A stretch of DNA of 64,000 nt from Antechinus flavipes (taxonomy: Eukaryota). The position numbers and the translations under genes are program-made. The stretch lies in NCBI RefSeq assembly GCF_016432865.1, contig NC_067402.1, forward strand, positions 201,376,001-201,440,000. Direction: 5' to 3'. Numbering within the stretch: the first letter of the stretch is position 1; each line of letters starts with the position of its first letter. Below, one piece after another: positions 24,998-38,815 of the stretch. The notes under the pieces were generated by a model that was not told the origin of the DNA, made no database searches, and worked only from the letters and a program-made list of their open reading frames with translations.

Positions 24998-26037
24998 CCA
25001 ATTCTGATTTTTAAAGAATTATTTTCTTCAATGAATTTCTTTTTCCATTTGACCAATTCTGATTTTTTAAGGAGTTATTTTCTTTTTTCAAAGCTATTGA
25101 TTCTTTTTAATGATTCTCTTGCACCACTCTCATTTATTTTCCCAATTTTTCTTCTACCACTCATTTGATTTTAAAATTATTTTTTGAGTTTTTCTATGAT
25201 TCTTTCTGGGCATGAGATCAATCCTCATTTTTTGGGGGGGACTTTGTCTAAAGGTGTTTTGACATGTTTTCCTCTTCCAAGTCTATATCTTTAGCTTCCC
25301 TGTCGCCATAATAACTTTTCGTGATCAGATTCTCTTTTAGTTGTTTTTTGCTTGTCTTTTCCAGATCTTTCCTTTCCTTTTAAATTTGAGTTCTGCTCCT
25401 GGGGTGAAAGGGGCATTATCACAATTTTCTCATGCTAGGAGCTGCAAGCCTTAGTATTGTTCTAAAACCCATGGGAGACCTTTTTGCCTGGTATGATGCT
25501 GAAGGATTGGGGAGAGGAATGGTTAACATTGGTGGCAATTGCAGGGTCTGGCTGCTTATTTATTACTTCCACGAGGCACATGAATGTCCCAGGGCTGTCA
25601 TCTGCCATTGCCCTGAAGCTGAGGATCCTGATGCTGGCAACTGCCTAGGTGTTGAGGCACATGTGGGGAAGACAAGCCTAGGCATCTACCCATTTACTGA
25701 GGGATATGCTGAGGCATTTAAAAATTCTGGTTTTGACATTTGCCTGATCTTTCCACTTTGGAACTCAAGATCTACCATTGGCTTGTTGAGGCAAAGCCTG
25801 CTACTAGCTTGCTAGTATTCTTTCTTTCCTAGACTACTTCCCTCTTTTACCCAAGTTTGACAAACCTTTCCTGCTGAACTTCCAAATTTCTTGGGCCAGA
25901 AGATCATTTCATTCTGTCTTTTTGCTGCTTCTGCTATTCCAGAATTTGTTTTGGGTGCTATTTCATAGTTATTTGGAGGCAAATATGGGAGAGTTCAGAA
26001 GATTTTCACTTGTTTTACCATCTCAGGTCCCAGAAGT
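24998..26037 (-). mobile_element. Continuation of the old L1: ORF1 start and 5'UTR
   Basis: ORF1 repeat units in antisense; ends in ccatctcaggtcccagaagtc, the reverse complement of an L1 5' start. Confidence 0.7.
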
Positions 26038-26054
26038 CAGCTAATAGATTTTAA

Positions 26055-27030
26055 TTTTTTTTATTTTATTAAATAGTATTTAATTTTCTCCTCACATATA
26101 TCAAGAAAAATTTTAGCATTCATTTTAATGATATTTTTAGTTTCAAATTTTTTCTCTCTCATTTTTTCCCCTCTCCTCTTCTGAAGATGGTAAGTAGTTT
26201 GATATAGTTTATATATGTGCTATCATGTAAAATATATTTCCATATTACTCACAGTTATGAAAGAAGAAAAATATAAAAAAACAAAAAAGAATAAGATAAA
26301 TGGGAAAATTTTTTTGATCTGCATTCAAAGTCCATTAGTTTATCTAAATATGGAAAGCATTTTCTTTAGTAAGTCCTTTGTACTTGTCTTGGATCATTGT
26401 GTTGCTGAGAAGAGCTGAGTCATTCATATTGATCATCACACAATGTTGCTGATGTTATATACCATGTTTTCCTGGTACTGAACATTTCACTTTGCATAAT
26501 TTCATACAAGCCTTTCCAAGTTTTTCTGAAATTTGCATGTTCATCATTTCTTATTGCACAACAGTATTCCATTGCAATTATATACCACACCTTGTTCAAT
26601 TTCCAATTCTTTATCACCACAAAAAGGGCTGCTATGAATATTTTTTTCACATATAGATCTATTTTTCTTTTGGGAAATAAACCTAGTAGTAGTATTAGTG
26701 GATCAAAGAGTATGCACAGTATGGTTCCCTTTGGGCATAGTTTTAATTTGCTTTCCAGAATGATTGGATAAATTCACAACTTGACCAACAGTATATTAGT
26801 GTCCCAATTTTTACACATTCTCTCCAACATTTATCACTTTCTTTTTTGGCATATTAGTGAATCTGATAAGTATGAGATGGTACCTCAGAATTTTTAAATT
26901 CGCATTTCTCTAATCAAAAGTGATTTAGAGCACTTCTTTCTATGCCTATAGACAAGTTGATTTATTCATCTGAAAACTATCTGTTTATATCATTTAAGCA
27001 TTTATTAATTGAAGAATGGCTTGTATTCTC
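26055..27030 (-). mobile_element. 5'-truncated L1 3' end
   Basis: Minus ORF 26420-26650 (KKIFIAALFVVIKNWK...) is the ORF2 C-terminus; T-rich tail at ~26055. Confidence 0.88.
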
Positions 27031-27379
27031 ATACATAATTATTCCTTTCTGTTCTCATTCAGTTTTCTCTAAAGGTCTGTCCTATCTTTTTCTAATATTC
27101 TATCTCCTTAGTTCTTTGTTTCTTTTTGGTTGGATTATAGTAGGTCATAATTGTCAATATCTTTCATTCCTTAACTGTTGGAGACTTTGTGCTTGATTCA
27201 TGCTCTTTACATTTCTTGAACTTTTGAGGCCTTTTAAGATATTAGTCTGTATTCTCTCATGTGCTGCTATTTTCTCCAGGTACTTTGTTCTTCAAAAATC
27301 ATATAAGCACCTGAGGTGAAAGAATTGCAACTTTAACATAGGCCCTAGCTGTATCATGCTATCTGTTTGCTGTTTTCTT

Positions 27380-27800
27380 GATGTGAGTTTTGTAGGTTCC
27401 AGACTCTAGTTACCATCTGACAGACTATAGATTTGCCCCTAGTTGGACTCCAAAAAGCTCATTAGTGGAATAATCTTATTATCCTGTAAGATCTCTTCTT
27501 CACCTTTGTTACTTCACCTTATTATTACCCTTTGCCTTTCTAATTTGAAGAGTGGAGGTATGGACTCCAAACTTTCATTTCAGAAGAGACATTTCCTCCT
27601 TAATTACCTGGTTGCACTACTTTGGACTTTTCTCATTGACTTCTCCACTATGTTATTTTCTCTTTCTTTGTCCCTACTTTTCAGATTTCTTTTGTGTTTT
27701 GTCTTTCCCCATTATAATAGGCAGGGACCATCTTTTTCTTTTTTTGCATTTGTATCCTGAGTGCTTAGTACAGTACCTGGTACACAGTAGTATGAATCTT
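27380..27800 (+). mobile_element. L2 3' fragment
   Basis: Ends in an L2-type tail (gcagggaccatcttttt...gcttagtacagtacctggtacacagtag). Confidence 0.6.
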
Positions 27801-28175
27801 TATTGACTGACTTACTCTAACTGCATTTATTCTGTTAATTTGACTTTCTAGTTTCATGAAGTCAATTGCTAAAATTTTAGTGATAGTGTCAATTGTATCA
27901 AAGAAATAATTTTTAGTTCTGTTTATAACTTCTATAACTTTTGGATTTTGAACACTTTTTTCTCCCCTACTTTTCAAGATTTTATCCATTGTACTTATTT
28001 AAAGTTTTTATTTGATGCTTTTGTAATTTTAGTTGTATCTTTAATTCAATATTAAACGTACCTTTTAGTTCATTAATCTTCTCTTTTTCTATTTTTTTTG
28101 TATTGTATTTTTTTCTCAAAGGGTTACATTAGTTGCATCCCAGAAATTATGATATAATTTTTCTTCATTATTATG
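27800..28175 (-). mobile_element. L1 ORF2 fragment
   Basis: Antisense endonuclease-RT linker sequence (ttgtatcaaagaaataatttttagttctgtt). Confidence 0.6.
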
Positions 28176-28179
28176 ACCT

Positions 28180-30328
28180 TTCAAATGGGCTGACCTGTTA
28201 AGCCCAGGTCAGATAAATTCTGGGAACGCTGGTGAGAGGGGCTTAATCACAAAAAATCAGCAACTAAGACCCTCAGTCCTGGCTCAGTAGAGGAGCAGAA
28301 CAGTGCTGCAACTTCCAATCCTAGCCCAGAAGGCAAACTATGAGAAAAAAAGGCTTTTTCCTGAACAGAGCAGACAAAGCTACCCCCTACAAACACAAGG
28401 GGACTTTGTACTCAAAGCCAAGGCTCAGAGCTGCACAGGAAGTTTAGTACAGCACCATCTTTACCCCAGAAGCAGAGCTTCAAAGTAAAAAAAGTTAAAA
28501 AAAAAAAAAAGAGGAAATGCCAAAAGAAATGGAAAGAAAATGAGAAAATGAGCAAGAAACAAAAGAATCTTGACCATGGAAAGCTATTATAGTGATAGGG
28601 CAGACCGAAACACAAACTCAGACAAGGACAGAATGTCCACAGAAGAAATCTCAAAGAGTGAGATAAATTTGGCTCAAGCCCAAAGAAGCTGCTTGTAAAT
28701 GCTCATAAAAGACTTCAAAAGGCAAATAAGAGAGATAGAAGAAAAAATGAGAAAAGAAATGAAAAGTATGCACGAGAGAGTCAACAGTTTGGAAAAGGAA
28801 GGAAAAATTTGAAGAAAACAACACCTTCAAAAGTAGAATTAATCAAATGTTAAAATAAATACAAAAGCTAATTAAAGAAAATCATACATTAAAAAGTAGA
28901 ACAGAGCAAATGGAAGTTAATGACTTTGTGTGACAGCAAAAATCAATTCAACAAACTAAAAAGAATGAAAAAATACAAGAAAATGTGAAATACCTCATTG
29001 ACAAAACAGCTAGCCAGGAAAATAGATCCAGAAGAGACAGTTTAAAAAATATTGGCCTACCTGAAGGTAAGGATCCAAAAAAAAAAAAAAAAAGATCCTG
29101 GATAACATTCTACAAGAGGACATTAAGGAAAACTGCCCCAATATTCTAGAAACAAAGGGGGAAATACTCATTGAAAGAATCTATTGATCACTTCTGGAAA
29201 GAAATCCTACAAGAAAAACCCAAGGAACATTGTTGTCAAACTCCAAAACTATAATCTCAAGGAAAAAATATTGCAAGCAATATTGCTTCCAGACAAAAAC
29301 AATTCCAATATTAAGAAGCAATAGTCAGGTTACTTGGGCTCTAGCAGCTTCTACAATAAATGATTGGAGGTCCTGGAATATTATATTCCAGAAGACAAAG
29401 GATCTGGTGTTACAACCAAGAATTAATTATTCAGTGAGATTCAGCATCATCTTTCAGGGGAGAAGATGGAGCTTCAAAAAACTAAGAGACTTTCAATCAT
29501 TTATGTTGAAAAAACTGGAACTAAACAAAAAAATTAATCTACAAACATAGGACTCAAGAGAATAATAGAAAGGTAAATGGGTGAAAATATACATTTAAAG
29601 GTTAAACTGTTTACATCCCTAAATGGGAAAACAATTATCTGTAACTCTTAAGAATTGTAGCTGACACTGGGGCAGACAAAGGTGGGGGGCATCACATGGA
29701 CTGCGAGTGTGGTTGTGAATGGACTCTGATGCGATGATATCAAAGAAAAATACATTAAGGGGTGGAAAAAGTCTATACTGGAAAAAGAGGAAAGGAAGTT
29801 ATAATGGGAAAATTAGTTCACACCAAGAAGCTCAAAAGATCTATTACATTCGAGGGAAAGAAGAAAGGGAGATGAGCATTATATGAAGCTTGATTTCATC
29901 AGTTTTGGCTCTAAGAGGGAATAATTTAATCATGTAGTTGAGTATAGAAATTTATTAATTTTATAAAGAAGTAGGGAGAGAAAGAGCAAAAGAAAAGGGA
30001 GCAACAGGATAGAAGGAAGGGCAGAAACACTAGAAAAAAAAGATAAGCAAAAGGGGTGGAGAGCTGATAGAAGATAAGGTAGTGGGTGGGGTGGGTTAAA
30101 AAAACATTACTCAGAGAAGGGGAGAGGGATGATAGGAAATAAGGTAGTGGGTGGGGTAAAAAAACACAGGACTAAGGACTAAGGATAGGATGGAAAGAGA
30201 GAACAAAAGTATATAGAGGAGAGAAAATAGGATGAAGGGAAATTCAGAGCTATTAATGGAATGGGATGAACTCTCCCATAAAATGGAAGTAAATATCAGA
30301 GTGGATTAAAAAACAGAATCCTACCAAA
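28180..30328 (+). mobile_element. L1 5'UTR, ORF1, inter-ORF region and first ORF2 codons (degraded)
   Basis: ORF1 remnants (29230-29550 ORF, ...WNIIFQKTKDL.LQPRINY) and the ORF2 start gggatgaactctcccataaaatgg...agagtggattaaaaaacagaatcctac, truncated at an (AT)n run. Confidence 0.88.
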
Positions 30329-30341
30329 AATTAGTGCTGAG

Positions 30342-30343
<2 letters not shown>

Positions 30344-30381
<38 letters not shown>
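30344..30381. repeat. (AT)n microsatellite
   Basis: About 19 perfect units, directly visible. Confidence 0.98.
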
Positions 30382-30384
<3 letters not shown>

Positions 30385-30429
30385 CCTTTTTAAAAAATGC
30401 CACAAATCTTTTAGCCCTAAATTCTCTAG

Positions 30430-31810
30430 CAGTTTGTTTATTTTGGTTTATCTTTCCATTGGAATTGGCAAATACCAAGAGATTAGCCTGAAATCTCCTA
30501 CTATTATCATGTAACTATGTATTTATTCCTAATTCATTAAAATTTTCCTTTATTATTTAAATATTTATGTGGGTTTATTTTCTATCATTCTCTTAATCAT
30601 AATGAAATTTCATTATTTCTGTTAACATTATAAGTTTTTACTTTTGCTTTGTCTGATAGCATTATTGAAACTTTTATTTTGATGAATTAGCCCAATACTA
30701 AATGAATTTTGATTTAATTTCTCATTTTAGGTAAACATGTGTCATCACATTTAAGATGTGTTTGTTGTAAGAATACTGTGGGTTCTTGTTTTCTTTTCCA
30801 TTCTGCCATACTCTTGTTTTATTGTATTGTTTAATAACATTCCCACTAAAATATGAATTAAAACATATTTTTTTCTATCTGTAGTGCTAATATTGCTTTG
30901 ATTTTTCTATTTTTGTTCCTCTTTTAAATCAGATTTTTCCTATAGTTAATTTTTATTAAATTACTTTGATGCAGTCCTATCTTCACAAGTTCTCTTTTCT
31001 CTTCTTACCCCTTTTCATCTGGCCTCAATTTCTGTATTTGTTCCTATATGATCATTTTACTAATTATTAGTCCAGAGACAATGATCTCTTAATAACCATC
31101 CTGCTAGTTATTTCTTTTGACACATATTCTATCATATTTCCCTAAATGATTGGTATTCCCTCAATTTCCAATTCTTTGCCAAAAGGAACTGTTATGAATA
31201 TTTTTGTATAAATAGATCCCTTCCCATTTCCTTTGATTTAGGGGGAACACAGGTCTCATAACTGTATTGCTGGATCTAAAGTTATAAACAGTTTTGTAGC
31301 CCTCTGGGCTTTGTTCCAAATTGTTCTCCAGAACAGATGGATCAGTCCACTAACAGTGAATTAGTGTCCCAATTTTTACATACTGTCCAGCATTTGACAT
31401 TTTCTTTTTGTCTCATTTTAGCCAGGTGTGAGGTGATATGTCAGAGTTATTTTAATTTGCATTTCTCGAATCAGTAGTGATTTAGAACATTTTTTCACAT
31501 GACTGATGATAGCTCTGATGTCTTCTTCTGAAAATTATTTGCTCATATTCTTTGGGAATTAACCAATATGCAATAGCTCTTATTTTTATGAATTTAGATC
31601 AGTTCCTCATAGTTTTGAGAAATAAAGTCTTATCAGAGAAACTGTAAATCCTTCATTTTCTACTTTCCTTCTAATCTTGGTTGCATTAGTTTTGTTTGTG
31701 CAAAGTCTTTTAAATTTAATGTAATGAAAATTATCCATTTTATATCCTCTAATGATATTTATCTTTTATTTGGTCATTAACTCTTTCCTTATCCATAGAT
31801 TTGACAGGTA
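30430..31810 (-). mobile_element. Old L1 ORF2 fragments
   Basis: The 31150-31810 stretch is antisense ORF2 C-terminal sequence (gccaggtgtgaggtgatatgtcagagttattttaatttgcatttct). The 30430-31100 stretch is more degraded. Confidence 0.7.
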
Positions 31811-33689
31811 CATTTTTCAATACTCCTATAGAAAAGAGGAAGGGTAATACCATCTTATATCATTGAGATGCATGAGATACAGAGTATACAAACATTGAGG
31901 AAAGGGTGAGGGAAAAGAGTATTTCACAAACTTTCATCACATTCACTTTCATCACAATGAGACAAAGGAAAAACATGTAAACACACACAGCGTGTGTGCT
32001 TTAAAAATACATTAGACTCAAGAGGGAAATAAGAAGGGATAGGGAGCTTTTGCTTTCTTTATTTTATTTTAACATTCACATGAATAGTTTTTGAAGCAGA
32101 AACAAGATAGCAGAGAAAGTCCAAAGCAGAGACTGCAAAGCAGAGAATCAGAGATAACATCCCTAAAGTGAATCCTCATAAAAAGCTTTTCAAAATGAGA
32201 TTTTCTCCCATCAATATAGTATACTTCACTTCGGTGATGGACCTCAAGGAGCCAAAAAGAAAATTTTACTTCCTGGAAACAAATGAAAATGCAGGTGTCA
32301 TAGAGTTAGGCAGCCATGCTTTACCACCTCCCTGAAGGGTCACTGATGATAGAGTACATACTTTTACTGTGTTACTGAATTAAAATAAACCAAGGATACC
32401 TTAGCAGTTTGTACTGATTTATTTTCAGATTGAAGGAAGCAAAATGTTTTACTGAGGTGCAATTTCAGAGGTTAGAAAACAGCCGGCTAAAAGTAGTGGT
32501 TGATCACCTCTGTGCAATAGTCTTTTGCCAAACTCCCAAATTCTGCAAGTATGAAGCATTATTCTGTATGACTTTTCTAAATAATGTTTTATTTTGCATG
32601 TGTATGTATATGTATATGAGTGTGTTTATTTAAATATATATATTTACTTGGGGACAGGGCAAGGAGAGAAACTAGCTAGCTAGTCCAGTATATACAATTA
32701 GATGTAGGTTTGTTTGGGGACATTTGGAGCTTTTTGGAATGTTTCCACTTCTTGAACAATTGCTCTCATATATCCTTGAATTTGGAATTCTTCTATCCAA
32801 ATTTCACAGAAATGTCTACATTGCCACAAAAATGTCCCAAAGTAGAACATCCACATTCTTTCTTACCTCTTTTCTAAAATGATAAACAGATGTGCACATA
32901 AAAAATTGCACGTTTTTAAAGCACTAAGTAGGAGTAGTGCCCACATGACATTTGCTGGAAGCCAAACCACAACTTAATGTTTGATTCCTCCTGTCTTCCT
33001 GGGTTGAATACTAAGTTTTTTTCTGAATACAAAAAACATAATACTATTTGTGCATATCTCCTTGTCTAATTTTTTTGCAGGCAAATGACATGTCAAAGTC
33101 TGAGTTCATCAGAGAATAGAAAAAATTATGTATGGGGAAAACACAAAATTATATACTAATTAATACAAAAAGAAACTGCCAAATGCTAGTCTTAGTTAAG
33201 ATATCTAGCAAAATTAAGCTTGTGAAATGGAGTTTGGATTATTTGCAACCAAGATTTATATTTTATTCAGTGCTTATGATTTTCTTTCCAAATACATTAA
33301 ATTAAAAAATGAAAAATTATAATAGGGTACATTCAATTTTCACTAAGATCAAGGACCTACAGAGAATAAAAGATTATGTCTTCCTCAGTTTCCATATATC
33401 TTAGACGAAGAATGCATTTTAAATGTGAAAGTAAACCTGACTGAGGAGGAAATCCATTTAAAGAAGAATATAAAGATATTTAGCAGAATCTAGAAATACT
33501 TGCAATTGTCAACCCTTCTAGTGCTTTGTCAATTACTGTCTAGAAAACATTACAATAATTAAGGGATTACGTATGGCATACCTTCCAAAAAGGTCTGTCT
33601 TTCTGATTGAGTACCAACTCAAAAGCCAAAGTGTATAAATAAAATCTACTCTTTTTCTAAAATTAAAAGAAATGGCAAGTTGTCTCCTA

Positions 33690-36600
33690 GTGTTTATTAT
33701 ACTTATTACCTTCTGATGCCAGATGATACTTGTTTGGTAGATTCATTAAGTTGTTGGTATAAAATAAAACCATTATTACTATCTTTCTATTTCAAGTATT
33801 TCTTGAAAACAACATTCTTGGATTCTAGTTTTTGGTTCATTCTTTTATCCTCATCCATTTTATGGGTGAATTCATCTGATTCATATTTATAGTTATAATT
33901 GCAGCATATTTCCTTTAATCCTATCATTTTATATTTATTCTTCTTTTTGTCATCCTTTCCCCTCCTCAAAAAAAGTTTTGCTTTTGATCACTGCCTTTCT
34001 TAATCTACCTTTTCTCTTCTCCACCTTCCACTTCTTTCTCTTAGCCCCTATCTTTTCTATTTCCTTGTTGAGAAAGATAATGGTACCAAATGATCCATAT
34101 GTATATATGCTTCCCTCCTTGAACCAGTTCAGATGAGAATGAGGTTCAAGTATTGCCCATTCATTCCCCTTCTCCCCTCCATGATATAAACTTTTCCTTG
34201 GGCACTTCATTTATGTGAGATGACTTTTCCCATTCTTCCTCTCCTTTCCCCCCTTCTGCCGGTGTATATCTCTTGTTAACTCTTCCATTCTTCTTTTGAG
34301 ATCATTAAAATATAATAGATTTCATACCCATGCCCTCTAACTAAGAAAACTTCCTCTAACTTCCTTAGTGTTGACAAAGTTCTGAGGCATGTATCATCTT
34401 CCTGTATAAGAATGTGAACAGTTTAACCTCCTGATGTTCCTCATGTCCCCTCACTCATGTTTACCTTCTTGTCTTTTGATTGAGTTTTGTGTTTAAATGT
34501 CAAATTTTCTATTCAGCTCTTTTTTTTTTAAGGAATACTTAAAATTCCTCTGATTAAATGTCTATATTTTTTCACACAAGATTATTCTTATTTTGCTGGG
34601 TAGGTTATTCTTGGTTGTGATCCTAGCTTCTTTGCTTTCCAAAATATTATATTACAAACCTTGTGCTTCTTTATAATGACAGTTGACAAATTTTGTCATC
34701 CTGATTGTGGCTCCAGCTGCTTCCAATATTTGACCTCTTTTATTTGAAAGCTCTGGATTTTGCCTATAATATTCCTGGGGGTTTTCATTTTGGGATTTCT
34801 TTTAGGAAGGAACCAGTATATACTTGAACTTCTGCTTCTGAGATATCTAGGCAGTTTTTCTTTATCCCAACAGTTCCTGCTTTGTGTAAGTGGACCTTTC
34901 CAGGAACTTCTATGTTAATGCACATTTGTCCAGAGAAGCAACTGCTGGGATAGGACCTGCCCAGAATGGAGAAGAATAGGACAGGGCAGACACATGGGGA
35001 CTGGACACAGACAAAGACATGAGATGAAGAGGAGCATACAGAAGCTAGGGACAACATGTGGTACCAAGCATGGATGGATAAAGGACACACTGGCTAATGG
35101 GTAGAGTGGGACAAAGGTCTTTTCTCTCTGTGTCAGCCAAGCCCCTGAACCAGTGGACACAGTCCCTGGTTATCCATTCTTTTGCTGTCACTTGGAGGTG
35201 TTTTTTGGTTTGTTTTTGGTGTGGGTGAGTGACAGGTCAAATAGCACCAAGCTGAGGGATAGGAGTGGAGAAAGCAAGCACAAGACTGTACAGTAAAGTT
35301 AACATAAATAATTTTTGGAATGCAAATTTTTTTTAGAATTCTTTATGTAAAGATTAATTTGCATAATCCAAATTTATGTAAAGTGACAGCTGTGTGTAAT
35401 TTTTTGAGAAATAATGTCTAGACTTCTTAAAAAAACATGACTTTCAAGTAGTCTAACTATTTTTAAATGATCTCTCATTGATCTATTTTCTTTCCTGTTT
35501 TTCTTATGAAGCATTTTACATTTTTCTTTTATATTTTTAGCTTTTCATTTCATTTTATTGTTTCTTAATGTCTCACTTGAACAATTCTAACTTTTAAGGA
35601 TTATTTTCTTTTGAGAACTTTTACACGTTAGGCAATTCTGATTTTTAAGGAGTTATTTTCTTTACTTTTTTTTGTGCTTCTTTTACCAATCTATTAATTA
35701 TTCATAGATTTCTTTTCTTACTCTCATTTCTTTTCCCAATTTCTCCTTTGCTACTCTTATTTGATTTTTCTAAGAAAGTGAAAAAATTATATTTCAGTAT
35801 GTTCTAAGTTCATCATTTCTCTCTGGAGATGGATAGCACTTTTCATAATGTCCTTTCAGATTGCTTTGATCATTGTATTGATAAGAGTAGCTAAGTCTTT
35901 GGTAGGAAATGATAAGGGAGGGATTCTGGAGAAAGAGTAGGTTAAGTAATAGCGAGACAAAGTAGTGGGTAGAAGTAAAGCAGAGGAGTCAGTAGGGATA
36001 GAAAATAAGAGATACACACAAACATAGTAAGAGTAATCAGAAGTAAAACTTAGAAAAAAAAAAGCATGGGTAGTAATCATTGGTCTGAAAGTTAAAAACT
36101 AAAATGAATTTAATCAAAAAAGAAAAATAGGGAAACCACTACTACACTTTATACTAGCCATATAAATCAATATTATTTTAGATTATCTAAACTAACTAAT
36201 AGTATAAAGTGGAAATATTGCTGTGGTAGAGGAAATGATGAGTTGGTGGATTCAGCAAAATATGGAAAGATTTGGACATATGAAGGATCATGTTATCTAC
36301 CTTCAGAGAAACAGAGGACAAACAAGTATAGTATGACCTTATATAGATGTACATGAATATACATGTGCATATATATGTGTGTGTGCATGTTTATAGATAT
36401 CTATCTATCTATCTATCTATATGTATGTATATACACATAAATTTATCTGTACTTAATTATAGCCCTCCTGAGAGATGGGGCAAAGAGAAAATAAAGACTA
36501 AAGTAAAAAGTACACAGCAGAGAACAAAAGAAAACCTACAAAGAAACAAAGAAAAAATGGACACCTCTCAATTCAGTGTATAGTATTTATTATATAGGCT

Positions 36601-37545
36601 TTCTTAAGATGGAAAGTTATTATCTCATATTTTGAATTTTCTCTTATCTTCTATAGTACATATAGCAATGTGTATTTCTAGTTTTTTGTCTTTCTATCCA
36701 ATCAAATTTTAAAAAGTAAAAAATAGAATAGCTAAATCTTTTCACAATTCATCAACAAAATTGCTGTTATTGTTTATAGTAATCTGGTTCTGCTCACTTC
36801 ACTTTGCATTGATTCATATAGGTCTGCCTAGATTTTTCTGAAACAATTTCTCTGTCACCATTTTTTATAGCACAGTAGAATTCCACCACAGTTTTATACC
36901 AAGGTTCTTGGCTTTATATTAGATTTGGACTCTGCTCACCTCTGGAGGGGATTACTGGTCTAAATTTCTGGCATTTATGTCCTACTGCTGCTTTCACAAC
37001 TTAGTCTGGGGTTCTGCATGTTTTTGGTGCTTTCAAAATGGTGTGATCTTAAAAAAGGTCCCTTTGTTCCTTTCTAGTCTAAGCTCTTTATTTATTACAC
37101 AGGTAGGGCCCCTGATCCTGGCAATCTTGACCACTTCTTTCTACCCTGGAACTGTGACTTATAATTTAAAAATGGGTCACAGAACTGCTAGATGGGCCTG
37201 TTATTGCTCCTACTGTTAATGCCAGAGTCCCCTAGGATCTCTCTCTGCTCAGGAGTTCAGTCCTTTACCTGGCCCTTAGTGCAGGACTGTTCCCCACCAA
37301 TGCTGTCATTTCTATAGACTTGTCCTGCTGCTATACTGCACCATGCTCCTGGCCAGCTCCAACACCAGAGTCAGCTGACCTCTGTCTATCTTTCTAAGCT
37401 GCTCTGTCCTGGAAAAAATTACTCATTCTGACTTTTTCTTGGCTTTCCTGTTCAGATTTGGTTTGGCACATTTTCTGTGGTCATTGTAGAAGGGAGTTAA
37501 GGCAAAATTGCTAAGCTCTCACACTGCCATCTTAACTCCTGAAAA
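33690..37545 (-). mobile_element. Fragmented old L1 (endonuclease start, inter-ORF region, ORF1, 5'UTR) interrupted by several inserts
   Basis: Antisense endonuclease at ~33700-33900 and ORF1 at 34550-34865 and 35398-35850. The 5'UTR ends in gccatcttaactcc at ~37525-37540. Confidence 0.7.
36200..36725 (+). mobile_element. L1 3' end (same 3'UTR type as 49010-49530)
   Basis: Clear colinear similarity to 49010-49530 (ggaa.atattgctgtggt...ttcagagaaacaga...aaaacctacaa), with an internal (TATC)n repeat. Confidence 0.75.
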
Positions 37546-37639
37546 TCATTTTAATTTAGAGTGATTCACTAAAAGTAGAACAAATATACATCAGTAACTT
37601 TTGTGGATATTTTCCTTGCCCTCCAAGCATTTTAGTTCC

Positions 37640-37770
37640 TTTTTATTTGTTGTCTTTCTCCATTAAAATGCAAATTTCTTTAGGGCAAGGGCTATCTTTC
37701 TTTTCAGATATAATTTATATTAGTGCCTAATACATAGTAAGCTCTTAATAAATATTCTTTGACTTGTGGG
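37640..37770 (+). mobile_element. L2 3' tail
   Basis: tttagggcaagggctatc...agtgcctaatacatagtaagctcttaataaatatt. Confidence 0.7.
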
Positions 37771-38639
37771 CTTCAACCTAACAGATTGAATAACGAGAAT
37801 AAGAGGGATGGAAAATTCAGGCAAAAGTTAGGATTAAGTAAAATAAACTCAATCCTTAACTAGGAGACTGCAAAGAGTGTTTTTAAAAGGAAAGGAAGCA
37901 AGGCTCAGAAATCTATTATTTGGGTCTGGATGAGAGGAAGAAAAAAGGAAAAGGGGATCAAAGCAGATTATACAAACAATCATAAAACAACAATTCTGAG
38001 CACATTCCTTTTTCACCAACTAAATTTATTTGGCATGTGGTTACTATTGAAGGGGAGGGGAAGAGGGGGAACTTGAATAGGGAAGACACCAGAGTTAGAT
38101 GGCATCACTAAAAATAACTTTGGAGAAGGTGACTGTTGAGTCACATTTTAAAAGAAATAAGGAGTGTGAGTTGATCGAAAAGAGGGAAGGTATTCCAGGA
38201 AGAAACTATGCTTTAAAAACTTAGGTCACTTAGCACACTTCATTTTAATATGAAAAACTGAGGCCCAGAAAAATAAGCAAGTAGCCCAAGATGATAAAAC
38301 TTAAAAGGAGCAGAGCCAGGTTTCCCACCTACGCTGTGGCTAAAGGCAGCACAACCAGCAATGAAGTCATTTATAGACAAATAAGCAAAATACATTGGCA
38401 GAATTTTCACAAAAAAAGAAAAATGGTAAGTTAAAATAACAAAATGATGGTTGAACTTATTCCTCTATACAGTATGTTACTATAATTTATACTCCTTAGA
38501 CAAGCCAGGTTTCTTTATTTAATCTTTTTACCAGGTGAGTAAGATGCATTAAATAATCAATTGGCTCCTCTGTTGTCCTGTAATTGTTCAATCACTACAT
38601 CTCCTCTCTCTCAAAAAAAAAAAAAAAAGGAAACATCTT

Positions 38640-38815
38640 GGTACAACAAAGAGTACTGGATTTATAAGTGGAGGATTTAGGTTCAGATTTCAGTTCTGCC
38701 AATTACTTCTTGTAGGAAATCAAACAAATTAATTTACTTCTCTAGGCCTTGGTTCCCTCATTCACAAAATAAAACAGATATCCCTTCCAGTGCCAAAGGT
38801 ATGATACTAAAATAA
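38640..38815 (+). mobile_element. MIR3-like SINE
   Basis: gagtactggattt...ggatttaggttcagatttcagttctgcc...ggccttggttccctcattcacaaaat. Confidence 0.65.

Noticed and set aside
25432-25815. 127-aa plus-strand ORF
   Set aside because: It lies antisense within an L1 5'UTR region, and no protein family is recognised.
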